Assembly (NCBI RefSeq): GCF_009914755.1
Contig: NC_060928.1
DNA length: 64,000 bases
Direction: 5' to 3' (one strand)
Origin: the human T2T-CHM13v2.0 reference genome, Homo sapiens
The notes beneath the pieces are model-generated. The model did no database searches, had not been told where the DNA came from, and saw nothing but the letters and a program-made list of their open reading frames with translations. Made by a program: the position numbers and the translations under genes. Positions 49,171 to 64,000 of this stretch are shown one piece after another (within the stretch, counting starts at the first letter, position 1; every line of letters begins with the position of its first letter).

Positions 49171-51767
49171 AGCCTGCCCAGAAGGTGGTCATTCCCATAT
49201 CTCATCGTGTGCCACAGCCCATTTCATTTCTCACCTCACCTCCCCATCCCCATCCTTTGTGAAGTCCCCTTCCTGGAGGGCCTCCCCATCCTCCCACTAT
49301 CACTGCCCACAGACTACTTTGAGCAATGGGTTGCTTGAAGCCCTGCCTTGAGTTACACTGGGTGATCTAGACCAGGCAGAGGAAATCCCCATTGCCTTTG
49401 CCTGGGCTACAGAGCTTGGGTTTTCCCTTAGTCCACTCTGATACATGGTAGTTAGACTTTATAGGACTTAAGGATGAGTAGGTTTTTGTGGCTTGGTTTG
49501 CTCACCTAATCATCAACGTACTGTGTTTCTTAGTTCTTAAAAAAAATAGTTTAAGGCCATAGGATTACCTGTATTTTTAACTTTTGTGCCCTTAGAATTT
49601 TATGTTAGAATAAAATCTGAAATATAGTTTCTTGTGACTATAATTCCCAAATGTTATGTCAGGCATTGGCAAGCCATGTTATTTAAAACTGCCAGAAGTA
49701 TGTTGCCTTTTAAGTGGAAGTATTTGTGAAACGTATGAATTTCCTAGTATCCCTCTAGGCTGCTGTGTGTTGAATGGAATTCCTTCTATAAGACGTGAGA
49801 TTAGGCAGTTTGCCTTAAGCTAGCAGAGGGGACTAGCTATTCATTTTAGGAATGAATGGAGGCCAGAGAGAAGCATAATAAGCCAAAACTTAAAATTCAG
49901 AAGGGAAATAGCACTACATTGTTTAGGAGGAAACTAAATCTGTGGCATAAGTCTGAAGGTAAGACTTGGTAAAAAGAAGGGGAAGTCTTTGAGGAAGAAG
50001 AATTGAGGCTTTAGAAAATGCAAAGGCTGACATTTGCAGAGCTGGTCGGCTAGTTGTTTTGAAGAGGGTGCTAATGGGAAGCACTCAGGAGGTTGTGTGC
50101 TTCTAATTGGCCTCAAGTTTTATAGTTGAATTTTCATGGATCGTTATCATATTATTATTGATGGGATTATGGAGAAAAGTCTGCGGTTAGTGTTAAAAGA
50201 AAATTAAAATATTTCCAAATCAAGGCCACACCCAGAAAAGATCTCACCTTTACTCCTGCAGTCAGGCTGATAGATTACATAGCAAGTTGTATTTTGTTTT
50301 GTACCCCATACTCAGGGTGATACCCAAGGTTTTACCTAATCAGAGGAGGCCTCAGCCTTCCATAAAGGGAGCATGTTCTGTTTGATTATCAGCCCTGCCC
50401 TTACTTCATGACATAGTTTTCTCATTAGAAAATTCATGTTTATTGTAGGAAGATTAAGTAACTCAGAAAAGAACAAAGAGAATAAAAGTCGTCATCACCC
50501 AATCTCCTGGCTGAGAACTGATTTACCAGCACGTCTCACTTTAGGTTTTCTGTCTTTCCCATGTTTCACTTCTGTTTTTTTTTTTTTTTTTTTTCCTGTC
50601 TTAGCTGCAAAGTCTAGTGGGGAATTTGGCCCCTGGCTGCTCTGGATTGCCATTCTCAGAGCTTTGCATTCTCAGGAGTTCCCTTCCAGGGCATGTAGCC
50701 CAAGGACTCTGATGGACCTGCCCTAGGTCTCTCAGCAGAAGGAGGGGCAGCAGCTAAGTTGTGTGTGTCGGTTGAGGCCATAAGCGAGGGCTACTCCCTG
50801 CTGGCAGTCCAGGTCTTCTCCCACAACACTTTGTAAATTTTAAAAAGGCCAAAAAGAAAAATAGTTGCTAATATCAAGGACACAGATATATGTTTTAGTG
50901 ACTGACATTGTTTGCAGGTAAATATGTCAAAGGGAGAGTTATATTTTTATGAGCTTTATGTGTGTCTTATTTTGAAGACAGTTTATACAATAATGATGCA
51001 TGCTTTTTATTTTAAGGGACTTTGTAAAGAAGATAAGCTTGTCTAATAGTGCATGGGATTGCTTGGTAGGAGGCCTAGGTTTGTTTCTTAGCTCAGCTGT
51101 TTAACCAGATCCTTGACTTTGGGCAAGCACCCCTCTGGGTTTCCATTTCGTGGCCTGGAGGAGGAGAAATTTAGACCCTGTGGTCTATTAAGGTTACTTC
51201 CAACATAAAACTCCCATGTTATGGGTTGAAGCCTGATTTTATCACTTTATGTTATTTAGAGGATTTGTAGCTGTGTCATAGATTTTGTGCAGTGTCGCCA
51301 TTGCTGTGATTTATTTGGTGCCTTTGGCCAGGATGTAACCCTTCAATTACAGTGTAGTTCCCATGGGAAGGTATGATATTGGCTTCATGTTGTGGGTTCT
51401 AGGAATGTTCCATGGAGGTAAAGCAGGGGCTATCTCTGTAAGTAGTTTCATTGGATGGCTCGTGTTTTAGGACCACACTGCTGTTTGGCTAGTGAAGCAT
51501 ACGTAATGATGCTGAGTGTAATAGCACACTGTCCAGGTATTTGACAGGCATTTCTCTCTGGTTTATGGGTTGATGCGACTTGATACATAATGATTATTCT
51601 CCTTCTTTCCAATGTGTTTGAGTGGTGCACACAAATCAGGCATATATTGGAAAGTTTTAGGATTTTTTAAAAGGATTTTTCCGTTTTTAAAAACTTGAAA
51701 TAGTGATTGTGATAGTACCTCTAGAGCCAGTGCCTGTTCTTTCATCACAGGTTTAACAGCCTCATAA

Positions 51768-52137
<370 letters not shown>

Positions 52138-52186
52138 TGATTCTTCTCATTTGTTAGTGGGTTTCCCACTTAAATCTTCTCTGTAT

Positions 52187-52672
<486 letters not shown>

Positions 52673-52895
52673 AGGGCATAAAGTTTGTGTAGGCCACACT
52701 TGGTCCACCTGTCCTCTCATCCACAGGCCTCTCTTCTCCTGTCCACTACCTGTATTGTTCATCTGAGAATCATTTATCCCTAACTTCAAGTTTCCAACAC
52801 ATGTTTTTTGAGCACTCCCTCCTGCAGATACTGTATTGGATAGAGGATGCAGGGATGAAGGACGCACTCCCTGCCCTCAGGAAGCTTGCTGTCTT

Positions 52896-53192
<297 letters not shown>

Positions 53193-53691
53193 GGAAGCTT
53201 GCTGTCTTATATGAGGCCAGTAGCACTTGTAAATAGCTCCTGTCGTGTTGTGAAATGTGCTATAACAGAGATAGGTGTAAAATGCTGCAGAAACACAGAG
53301 GAGGGGTAAATTGTTCTGGTAATTAAGGGTTCACATCATGTCTATTCTGTTGAGCGGGCGTGTAGGTTTTGGGGCCTTGAGAGAGGGCCTGCATTTATTG
53401 TTTATATGTATCTTTGTGTCCCTTTTGTCTGGGACAATACCTGAGACATGGCAATTAAATGTTGAATGCATGAGGTTATTTAACCCTCCATGAAAGACTG
53501 AAGATCCCTTTTTAGGAATCAGATGACCATCTTTTTTCAGTTGCACTTCTGACACAAAGCTCATGTTGGCTACAGTCCATTGATGTTTTAGGATTTGGGG
53601 TTATTCTAGCAGGTACTTGTGACTGACAATAGTAAATGAATCTTGCAAGGGGGAGGTGAAAGTAATTTTCATCGTAATTATCATTTGGTGA

Positions 53692-54013
<322 letters not shown>

Positions 54014-56479
54014 CAAATCCTGAGTTTCTTCTCGTCTTTTTTATAGTGCATTGATCCAAATCAGGCAAGTGTATGTGACCCCACCCCTGCCCTGATTTAA
54101 TGTTTACTTCCTTTTCTTCATAGTTTTATAACTTGTTGCCAGTGAAAGGATCAGAATTTGGGGGTCTTTCGTGTTTGAGGAAACGCAGCCCAGGAAGGGA
54201 ACCCAACACGTTTTACCTGGCAGCGTGTGGCTGAGCCTGGAGTGTCATCTTGGGCCCCTGACTCTGAGGTGAAGGCTGTTTCTGCAACATTTGGGTCTAA
54301 CCTCGTCCTTTTACTGCGACCTGCCTCAGGACCACCTTGCATTTGTCTCTCTTCAGTTTCCTCTTTTTTGGTACTATATGCGTACAACTTCGAGAAGCTT
54401 CTGTAATTTTAGTTCAGTTTGTGTGTTGTGCAGCCATACCATTAACTGAGCAGGTTCTTTTCCTCACCGTCTGGTCTGAATTTCCTTGTCCTGCGGAAAG
54501 GCATTGCCTGCCACGCCTTGTTGAGTTCTCTCATCTCTGAAATAAAGAGGAAAATAGACGTTATACATTTTGAAAGCCTCAGTTTACTTCCAGGTTTTGG
54601 CATAATATAAAACAGGTTACAGCTTGCCTCTTCAGGTGGATTATTTAGTCGTAAAAATGGAAACTTATTGATAGGGAAAACCCAGCCTACGAAAACAGAA
54701 CAGAGCGCAAGACTGCGTTTGAGCTCCCAGCAGTTGGCATTGGTAGATTTGTGTGGGTGATAAAACATAAGTTTTGTATTTGATGTATCCTTTTCCAGTG
54801 AAGTGGGAAAACTGTGACATGTTTCACAATATTGAAAAAAGCGTACCAGTTTTAATATAGAGTGTGAAGTCTGGTGGCAGTAATGCAGATAAACCATTCC
54901 CCTTTGGAAATTTAGGGGCTTTAAAAACAACAAAACAAATCACAATAAGGTAAGAAAAAGTGTAAGTTCAAAAGCAGGTAAAGGAGGAAAATACTTTTAA
55001 ATTTAAGGAGGAAATTGCTTTCTCACTTGCATTCTTTTTAATGTTTTTCCTACTTTCCCTAAAATAACAGAACCTGGTCTCTTATAGGTTCTCTGCCTAG
55101 GCTGTCTCGTAATGTGTTCATATTAAAGTTGCTGTTCCACAAGCAAAGCAGGTACAGCGTATGCCTCTGTTTCAGAGCTTCCAAGCCTAATAGAAATAGT
55201 CTTGGGGAGAGAGGGATTTGGTTGGGGGTGGGGGAGCCAACCCCTCCCTCGGAGAGTGTGGGCCACAGATAGGGTAGACTTTGAAACTCAAGAGAAACAT
55301 CTGCAATGGTTTCTTATCTGACCATGCACAGTGTATGGTGGGTCACACCAGTCTTTGAATTTTGGCACCCTTTCGGTAGGGTAAGTTTCTGTGGGTCTGG
55401 CCTCCGAGAGTTGTGGCCTCCGGATTAAAGAGGTGGGATCCAGTGAGCTGAGGAAGAACCTTCCATTGCTTTTATCCCCACTGTCCAGAGGGTCCCAGAG
55501 ACTGCCCATCAGTTGCCTGTTCTGTGATCACTGGTGATTTCTGGGAGGTTTTGTGATTAATTTTATCTCGGTGCTTATGAGAAATGACACTTAACCTCAT
55601 GTCTTTGAACCTTGACTTTCATCTGTAGAAAATGGAAATGTTCTGTTCCATAGAGAGTCAGTTGTACTTGCACTGGTAAAAGAAATGATTGATTACTTTG
55701 AATATTCTATTTAAGGAAATGGTACACAGCATACTTCTAAAATGTAGATGGGATGGAATCCTTTTTACAAAAGAAATGAAAGTAAAATTTCCACTAAAAT
55801 TGGCAAGCTTTTGTGGGTGTACCTGTTTCATCTTCAGCATGACTTGAAGAGGAACTTTAGTCAGTGTATATGTTTCCACTTACTGAAAGTGAGTATGTAA
55901 AGTAACTAAACCTATAGTGGACTCTTTATTTAGAAATAGATACTGCTACTTTGGAAGGGAGTGGATTGAAAGAGTTGAAAAACTAAAGAGAAGAGAAAAC
56001 TGAATCCTTGGGGGGAAAATCTTAATGCAAGCACAAATATAACACCAAATTAAATCTAGGAGGAAAAGTAGTTTGAGCACAAGGGAAAATAAATTTTAAA
56101 ATTTAAGGGTATGTGTACGTTTTATGTCACGCTGTGGTATACTCTCTGGTCTGAATCCTTGTGATAGGAATGATTTCATTTGCTTCAAACACCTCCCTTT
56201 TTCTCCCCTACCCCCTTCACATAACCTGTGGGAGATTTTCTGTATTTGGCTTATGCCCATGTTTTGAAGTCACACAGTGTATTAAGTAAGATCTGATTGC
56301 AAAAATGGTCTCTGTTAAAACAGGCTGTTACACAAGATGTTACCATATGTTCATTTCACGAGACCTCACACATGCTTTAAGGACCATCATTATTTCAAAT
56401 CTAAGTAGTTTATAGTTCATATTTGTGTCAAATATTCCATTTGCAGCCTCTAAAATTCTTGCCATCTCTGTTGTCCTTT

Positions 56480-56630
56480 TTTTTTTTTTTTAGGTCTGTG
56501 CTGCTTCCTGGAGAATACAAACTCCTTGTAGTCAGGGTCTGTGTTTTATACTTTTATCCATTCACTACACCTAATGCTGTGTTGGATATAAGGTCCGGGA
56601 AATACTGTGTAAAAATTGCTGGTTGAATTT
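56480..56630 (+). mobile_element. L2 3' end
   Basis: AAACTCCTTGTAGTCAGGGTCTGTG...TGCTGGTTGAAT. Confidence 0.6.
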
Positions 56631-56699
56631 TGGCAGATCTTGGTAACGTGATTATCAGGATATTCCAGGGGAAGTGGCATTAGTATACTTAAACTGATA

Positions 56700-57050
56700 G
56701 TTTAAGTGTCATTAATTTGGTGGATGGTGGCATTTTGGGGAAAAGAGCCGGTTTATTGGATGATAAATCAGGACCCTGATCTAGACAGGCTGCATTATGA
56801 GCTAAATCAAAGAATAAATTCAAAAGATATTATTAGGTATGGTACAGTACTGGGACATGAACGAGCAGTTTCCCCACAGGAAGGGGAAATAGAAAAACGC
56901 CCAAAGGAAGTACTGTAGGTGAGAGAGACTTGAGGGTTGTTAGAGACTGCTTGAAAAGAGAATGCTGCATAGGCGTAGTTTGAAGTTGAGGGTCTTCTGT
57001 CCAGGGTAGGCTGGCTTGCTGTACTTGGTGCTGGCAAGTACCTTTAAAAG
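56700..57050 (+). mobile_element. L3/CR1 RT-region remnant
   Basis: GATCTAGACAGGCTG (DLDRL motif) followed by ATAAATTCAA. Confidence 0.45.
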
Positions 57051-57557
57051 GTATTCATTGGGTATTTTCACAAGCACATTTCACTCATGCAAGTTCGACC
57101 TCTGGAGCATAGCAAAAAGTGAGTGATTTCGTCCCACTGTTTGACTGAGTTGATATCTGACATTGGACCAGCAGCAGTGACAGAGGTAGCTCTTAGGTCT
57201 TAGGATCGCAGCTGAGAGGATGTGGCTGACTCAGTAGTTCCAAGATAGCTTCCTGAGGCCCCCCCACTTTCCTGATGTGGCAGAGGCACCAGCACCCCTT
57301 GTGGGCCAGTTCCATGTGGTTCTGGGAGTCTTTCCTGGAGGCCCGGCATAGAGCCTGCTCCCTTGAACTCTTCAGTGATTTTATAAGCACCTAATTCTCT
57401 ATATTAAATCCCTTTCTGCTTAAAATAGCTAGCTCATTTCCTGCAGCCTGACTCTGGCTGAGGCTGAAGAATTTTATAATGGGAATGAGCTGCATTGGAA
57501 ACAGAAGTGTCACTGCAAGTATCCTGGAATGAGCAGCAGATAGATGGATAAATGGAT

Positions 57558-57750
57558 CAGTGGTTCCCAAATGCATGTACTCAGGTTCCTTCTGCTCCCC
57601 TAGTGGATGCATGTACACTGGAATTGTCTGAGAGAGCTATTCCTCAAACACAGATTCCTAGGCTCTATCCCTAGAAATTCTGATACGGGGGAAGTGCTGG
57701 AACCCTTGAATCCATATTATCTCTGAGAGATGGCCACATTGGCTATTACT
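57558..57750. mobile_element. MER5-family MITE
   Basis: CAGTGGTTCCCAAA...CAGATTCCTAGGCTCTATCCCTAGAAATTCTGAT. Confidence 0.6.
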
Positions 57751-58894
57751 GGACTAAATTATTTCTTGACTCTAGGAGCCAGTGCCCATGAGAATTCTTT
57801 TTAAAAGGGAGGAAGTGTTTAGGAGCTACACATTTTTAAAGATTCCACTACAGAGGATATACCTTTTCTTGGATATAAAGGGATTAATCCTGTAAATACT
57901 GTCAGAATGTGAACTCTACAGGATTTCCCTCTTTTGTTATTACTGGAGGAAAGGAATATATTTCAAAAATGTTACTGAATCCAGAATAAAAATTGAGTTG
58001 TCTGTAATGAGAGTTAAAAATTCATGTGACTACCTTATTATACAGTATTTTATTATATAAACGTGGCATTTTACAGTATAATACGCTATTTTATTGTATA
58101 AAGTGCTGTTAGTATATTTTCTTATCTCTGTTTATAGTTAAAGGAAAAAGACAATGGAAGTTATTTAAAATCCGGAAATGCCTCCTAAGAAGAGAGGTCA
58201 AGGGATTATTTGGAGAACTGGCGAATTTAGGATAATTTTGTACTGTTAGAGTTTGCTGAGCTCTGGAAGCCAGGTGTTTTAAGGATCACATGTCTGGTGT
58301 AAGCACTTGTTCTTCTCTTATTCTATTTCCCCACCTCTCCACCACCTCCCCACCAAACCCCAGTCCTGATTTCTGCCCTTCTCTTCATCTTCTGGCCCTT
58401 TTAAGGTGCATGCTAACAGATGAAGAAGGAAATCACCATTGTTCTCCAGTCTAGTAGAGCCTGCTTGATTGAAATTGATTAGCTCTAGATGATTGGAGTC
58501 CTTGTAGCAGCAGGGGTTATATGTCAAATGGATCTCCACTGAAGGCCAAAGCTGTTCTTCCTCTGCAGCTGCCAGGCTGCTTGAAATTAGGCAGAATGAT
58601 TTTGCACTTGGATAATAGTCAGGAATTAACTGCAGCTTACAAAGCACTGCATAATTATGGGAAATGTGGATGGTGCTAATCAAATGCATCTGCATATGGC
58701 ATTTTCATTATGTACAGGAGGCGTATGTGTGCACAGAAAGGGAATGAGCTTGTGTAGAGCTTGTATGGGTACATGTGTGAGAAGATGCATCTGTAGAAAT
58801 GGCCTCCTCTTTCCTACATGGAATCCTGACAGAATGATTGAATTAGGAGTCTGGCGTGTGTGCTTACTTGCTATTAGTGCTTTTTTTTTAAAAA

Positions 58895-59045
58895 AAAAAA
58901 AAGCTTTATTGAGATACAATTCACATGGCATACAATTTGCCCACTTAAAGAGTGCAACTCAATATTTTTTAGTGTATTTGTGGGGTTTTGCAACCAGCAG
59001 CACACTCTAATTTTAGAACACTTTTATCCCTCCTAAAATAACCTG
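58895..59045 (-). mobile_element. L1MB-type 3' end
   Basis: AGCTTTATTGAGATACAATTCACATGGCATACAATTTGCCCACTTAAAG. Confidence 0.8.
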
Positions 59046-59425
59046 TTGGTTCTTTTATAAAGAAAATGTAGTTTGTACTTTTCGACGGACACTTTTTCTT
59101 TTTTTTTTAAGTGGGAATTTCAGATCATCTTCAGCCTTTTGCAAAATTATACTGTTTCTCGGAAAGCATTTGTTTTTATAAATAGTCATAAAATGTTTCT
59201 TAACGTTCCAAAGGTTACCTGCTGACTTTTGGACACAATCTCATGAATTATGTTTTAGTTGCTGGGTTCATGTACCTACTAGTTGGAATCTTTTCAGCTT
59301 CAAGTGACAGATTTCACTCAGCTAGCTGACGCATTAAAGGAACTCATTGGCCCTGGTAACCTGGAAGAAGCAGGGGTATTAGCTTCAGGCACAGGTGGAT
59401 TTAGGGATTCTCTCTCTTTCTCAAT

Positions 59426-59727
59426 TCTTTTTTTTTTTTTTTTTTGAGACAGAGTTTCGTTCTTGTTGCCCAGGCTGGAGTGCAGTGTTGGCGATCTTGG
59501 CTCACCACAACCTCTGTCTCCCGGGTTCAAGCAATTTTCCTGCCTCAGCTTCCCAAGTAGCTGGGATTACAGGCATGCACTACCACACCCGGCTAATTTT
59601 GTATTTTTGTAGAGACGGGGTTTCTCCATGTTGGTCAGGCTGGTCTCGAACTCCCGACCTCACTTTATCCACCCGCCTTGGCCTCCCAAAGTGCTGGGAT
59701 TACAGGCGTAAGCTACCGCACCCAGCC
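59426..59727 (-). mobile_element. AluSp-like
   Basis: GAGTTTCGTTCTTGTTGCCC, GGCTCACCACAAC, TTTCTCCATGTTGGTC. Confidence 0.94.
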
Positions 59728-60584
59728 TCCTTCTTAATTCTTTTATTTCCACATTGGCCACGTTCACCCCATTATAAGTAGGGGGACTGCGTGTGGGAGT
59801 GGGGCGCACATCTGCAGCAGCAGTGGCGGAGGGGAGGCTGCCAATCAGGTGCTGAGCCTCACCTCAGTTTGCCTGTATTTTGTGTCACTGGCTTATAAAT
59901 TACTCTAGGTTTTGATTTATTTCTTCATTCTGGGATTACAGATCTATTCATTCAAGCAGTGGAACTAAAAGAACCATCTCAGGCATGCTGCAATAACCAA
60001 TGTTGCTGATTCAGATGGTTAGTCAAAGCATTTGAACCAGGCCCAGGCTGTGGGTGCTACTTTCTAAAAGATTCTCCCCAAGCCAAGGGTTACCAACTTG
60101 GACCTCCTCTTACAGTCCTGTTTGAGCATGATCCACCTGATCAGGCAATTTCTAGCTTAATCTCTTTCTAAACTTTTCATTGCCTGGTTCAGTACCTTAT
60201 TTTCCTTAGTAGGATCCTATGTTTTTTGCATTTTTAAGTTTCTTAGTTGTCTTGCCCTCTAACATTTACAGCATTCGTAATTTAGCAAATCACTAAATGT
60301 TGTATTTGTGATTGGCATGAATAGACCCGATATATTTTTTAAGCTGAAAAAGAAATATAACCAACCTGACATTGGTTTTTAAAAGTATTCTATACATACT
60401 TTTATTGTTTTGGTAAATTAGATTTGGTGAAGGTTTTGGTTGAAGTTTGGGAAACGTTTTTTATGATTCTGCAGTTTCTGACATGCTAGGATGAAGCCAG
60501 CTTTATACTGAGTAATTAAAAAGAAATATTATGAGGCCTGAATTGTGATTTTATAAATCAATGACACCGGTTTGGGAAGGTTTT

Positions 60585-61990
<1,406 letters not shown>

Positions 61991-62007
61991 AGCAACATAA
62001 CAAAACC

Positions 62008-62047
62008 AATTATTTAAAAGCTAACTTTTGTTAGCTTTTAAATAATT
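62008..62047. repeat. Perfect inverted repeat, 18-bp arms, 4-nt loop
   Basis: AATTATTTAAAAGCTAAC-TTTT-GTTAGCTTTTAAATAATT. Confidence 0.95.
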
Positions 62048-63072
62048 TATTAATGTGGAAATATGCTGTTTGAATCAAAAAAAGAAATAACTATAAGCTG
62101 TATTTAGGAAGAGTGTACCTTCCTATTGCTCTTGAGTTTTCAAAAAGCACATCGTTCTGAACATCTTTAATATTCTCACAGGTTCAGAACCATTTTGGAG
62201 AGTCAGGCAAAAGGAAAGTGTCTGATATTCTACTCATCCTAACGTTGCTGTTAATATTTTGGTATTTGCCTTCTCATTTTCCTTTGTATATTTTTTTTAG
62301 TTGTAATCTTGTTGCACACAGCAGCTTTGTTTCCTTTTGTTTACTTGTCACGGCAACGGCAGCACTTTTTTCATGTTGCTGTTTACAATCTTCAAAACAC
62401 AATTTTTATTGGAGCGCTCTGCTTCTTTTGGAATGGGTATTTATTGAGAGAAGGATTGAATGGACAAAACCACGTTGCTACCAGCTGATCTTTGCTTTTC
62501 CCTGCCTTCCTGCACATCTGCATAGGATTCATACCGTGCTTTGTCTGGGGATGGAGAATGCTGGAAAGACAGGGGAAGTTGTTAGGATCTGGGCTGAAAA
62601 TCCAGGAGCAAGACTGGGGCAGACCTGGCCACTGGGGGGGTTAACAAGCTGCTGATGGGGCAGAGGGAGTGAGGGCCTGTGGAGAGGGACTCCTGGGCTT
62701 GAGGGACCACGCAGGGCCATTCTTTCTTTTGCAGACATCTTCAGCAATAACACTTCAGTGCCTCAAGGGTTTGAAAGAAGAATTACAATTTAAAAGGAAA
62801 ACTCTTCATGTATGATTTGCATATGAGTGGCATCTGTATAATTAAGAACAATTAAGTTCCCTGAGCTGAATTGAAAGGGAGGCTCCTGCTTCAGTTGCTG
62901 CAGTGCCTGCAGTGCAGCCTCTAGCTGTCAGGGCACTGGAGTTCTGTTGGAGGCATTCTGCCCACCTCCCCACAACCTCTAATAAAAGAAATCCTGAAAC
63001 ACTTTGCTGGGTGCTTGGCAAAACTCTTTACAAACACATTTCATTTAATCCTCACAATGGATTTAGGGGGTC

Positions 63073-63599
63073 TGTGTCAGTCAGATTCTCTAGAGGGACA
63101 GAACTGACAGAATCGATCGATCTATCTAGCTATCTGTCTTGTCTGTCTGTCTGTCTATCTATCTCCCTCCCTCCCTCCCTCCCTTCTATGTATATATATA
63201 AAGGGGAGTTTATTACAAAGTATTAAACTCACCCGATCACAAGGTCCAATAGGTTGTCTGCAAGCTGAGGAGCAAGGAAACCAGTCCGAGTCCCAAAGCT
63301 GAAGAACTTGGGAGTCTGATGTTCCAGGGCAGGAAGCATCCAGCACGGGAGAAAGCATAGGAAAAAGATGTTGGCTGGGAGGCTAAGCCAGTCTAGCCTT
63401 TTCATGCTTTTCTGCCTGCTTTATATCCTGGCTGCGCTGGCAGCTGATTAGATGGTGCCCACCCAGATTAAGGGTGGGTCTGCCTTTCCCAGCCCACTGA
63501 CTCAAATGTTAATCTCCTTTGGCAACACCCTCACGGACACACCCAGGATCAATACTCTGCATCCTTCAATCAAGTTGATACTCAGTATTAACCATCACA
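63073..63599 (-). mobile_element. MLT2A (HERVL) solo LTR, inserted in a MIR
   Basis: Reverse strand starts TGTGATGGTTAATACTGAG; 5-bp TSD GGGTC on both sides; internal (TCTA/TCTG/TCCC)n tract at 63113-63200. Confidence 0.92.
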
Positions 63600-63729
63600 G
63601 GGTCTTACCTTAATTTTATAATAGTGGAAACTGAACTTCTGATCACAAGAGCATTAGATGATCTCTTGTACTCATCTTTATGGTTAACTCCACCTTTGTA
63701 GATTGTTCCTGATTGGGACCCAGTGAACC

Positions 63730-64000
63730 TGTTACAGGAAAGAGGTTCTGATCTAGACCCCAAGAGAGAGTTCTTGAATCTCACACAAGAAAGAATTCAA
63801 GGCAAGTCCATAGTGCAAAGCAAAAGCAGGTTTATTAAGAAAGTAAACGAATGAAAGAATGGCTACTCCATAGTCAGAACAGCCCTGAGGGCTGCTGGTT
63901 GCCCATTTTCATGGTTATTTCTTGATGATATGCTAAATAAGGGGTGGATTATTTATGCCTCCCCTTTTTTGACCGTATAGGGTAACATACTGATGTTGCC
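63730..64000 (-). mobile_element. ERV1-class LTR (MER61/LTR9/MER83 group, family uncertain), cut by window end
   Basis: TGTTACAGGAAAGAGG...AGACCCCAAGAGAG...GTTTATTAAGAAAG...GAATGGCTACTCCATAG. Confidence 0.75.

Noticed and set aside
48755-49351. 198-aa ORF in a GC-richer region (also 13651-14202 and 33497-34048)
   Set aside because: No recognisable domain or clear splice context, and they run through L2, microsatellite or LTR sequence; consistent with chance ORFs.

Overview
Human (primate) genomic DNA. The only coding sequence I can support is a 44-nt internal exon at 285-328 (+), flanked by TTCTTTTTCAATAG and GTAAGG. It translates to [14 protein letters not shown](S), which I recognise from memory as the N-terminal region of TMEM131L/KIAA0922 (probably exon 3). 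The remaining ~63.7 kb looks like one very long intron, and I found no further exon of that protein. The intron holds about 45 Alus (by eye ~16 sense, ~29 antisense), L1/L2/L3/HAL1/MIR remnants, hAT-Charlie, MER2 and MER5 DNA transposons, and solo LTRs that are mostly antisense. Nearly all ORF-track entries are Alu, L1 or microsatellite artefacts. I found no convincing new gene system. The most unusual items are a 14.1-15.6 kb module (compound VNTR, G-quadruplex motif and an old LTR that kept its CpGs), inverted Alus around the frameshifting micro-exon, an inverted AluY pair 70 bp apart, candidate recursive-splice sites, a perfect 18-bp-stem palindrome and an MLT2A LTR that appears to have lost a DUX4 site. 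Repeat subfamily names and boundaries were assigned by eye and are approximate.
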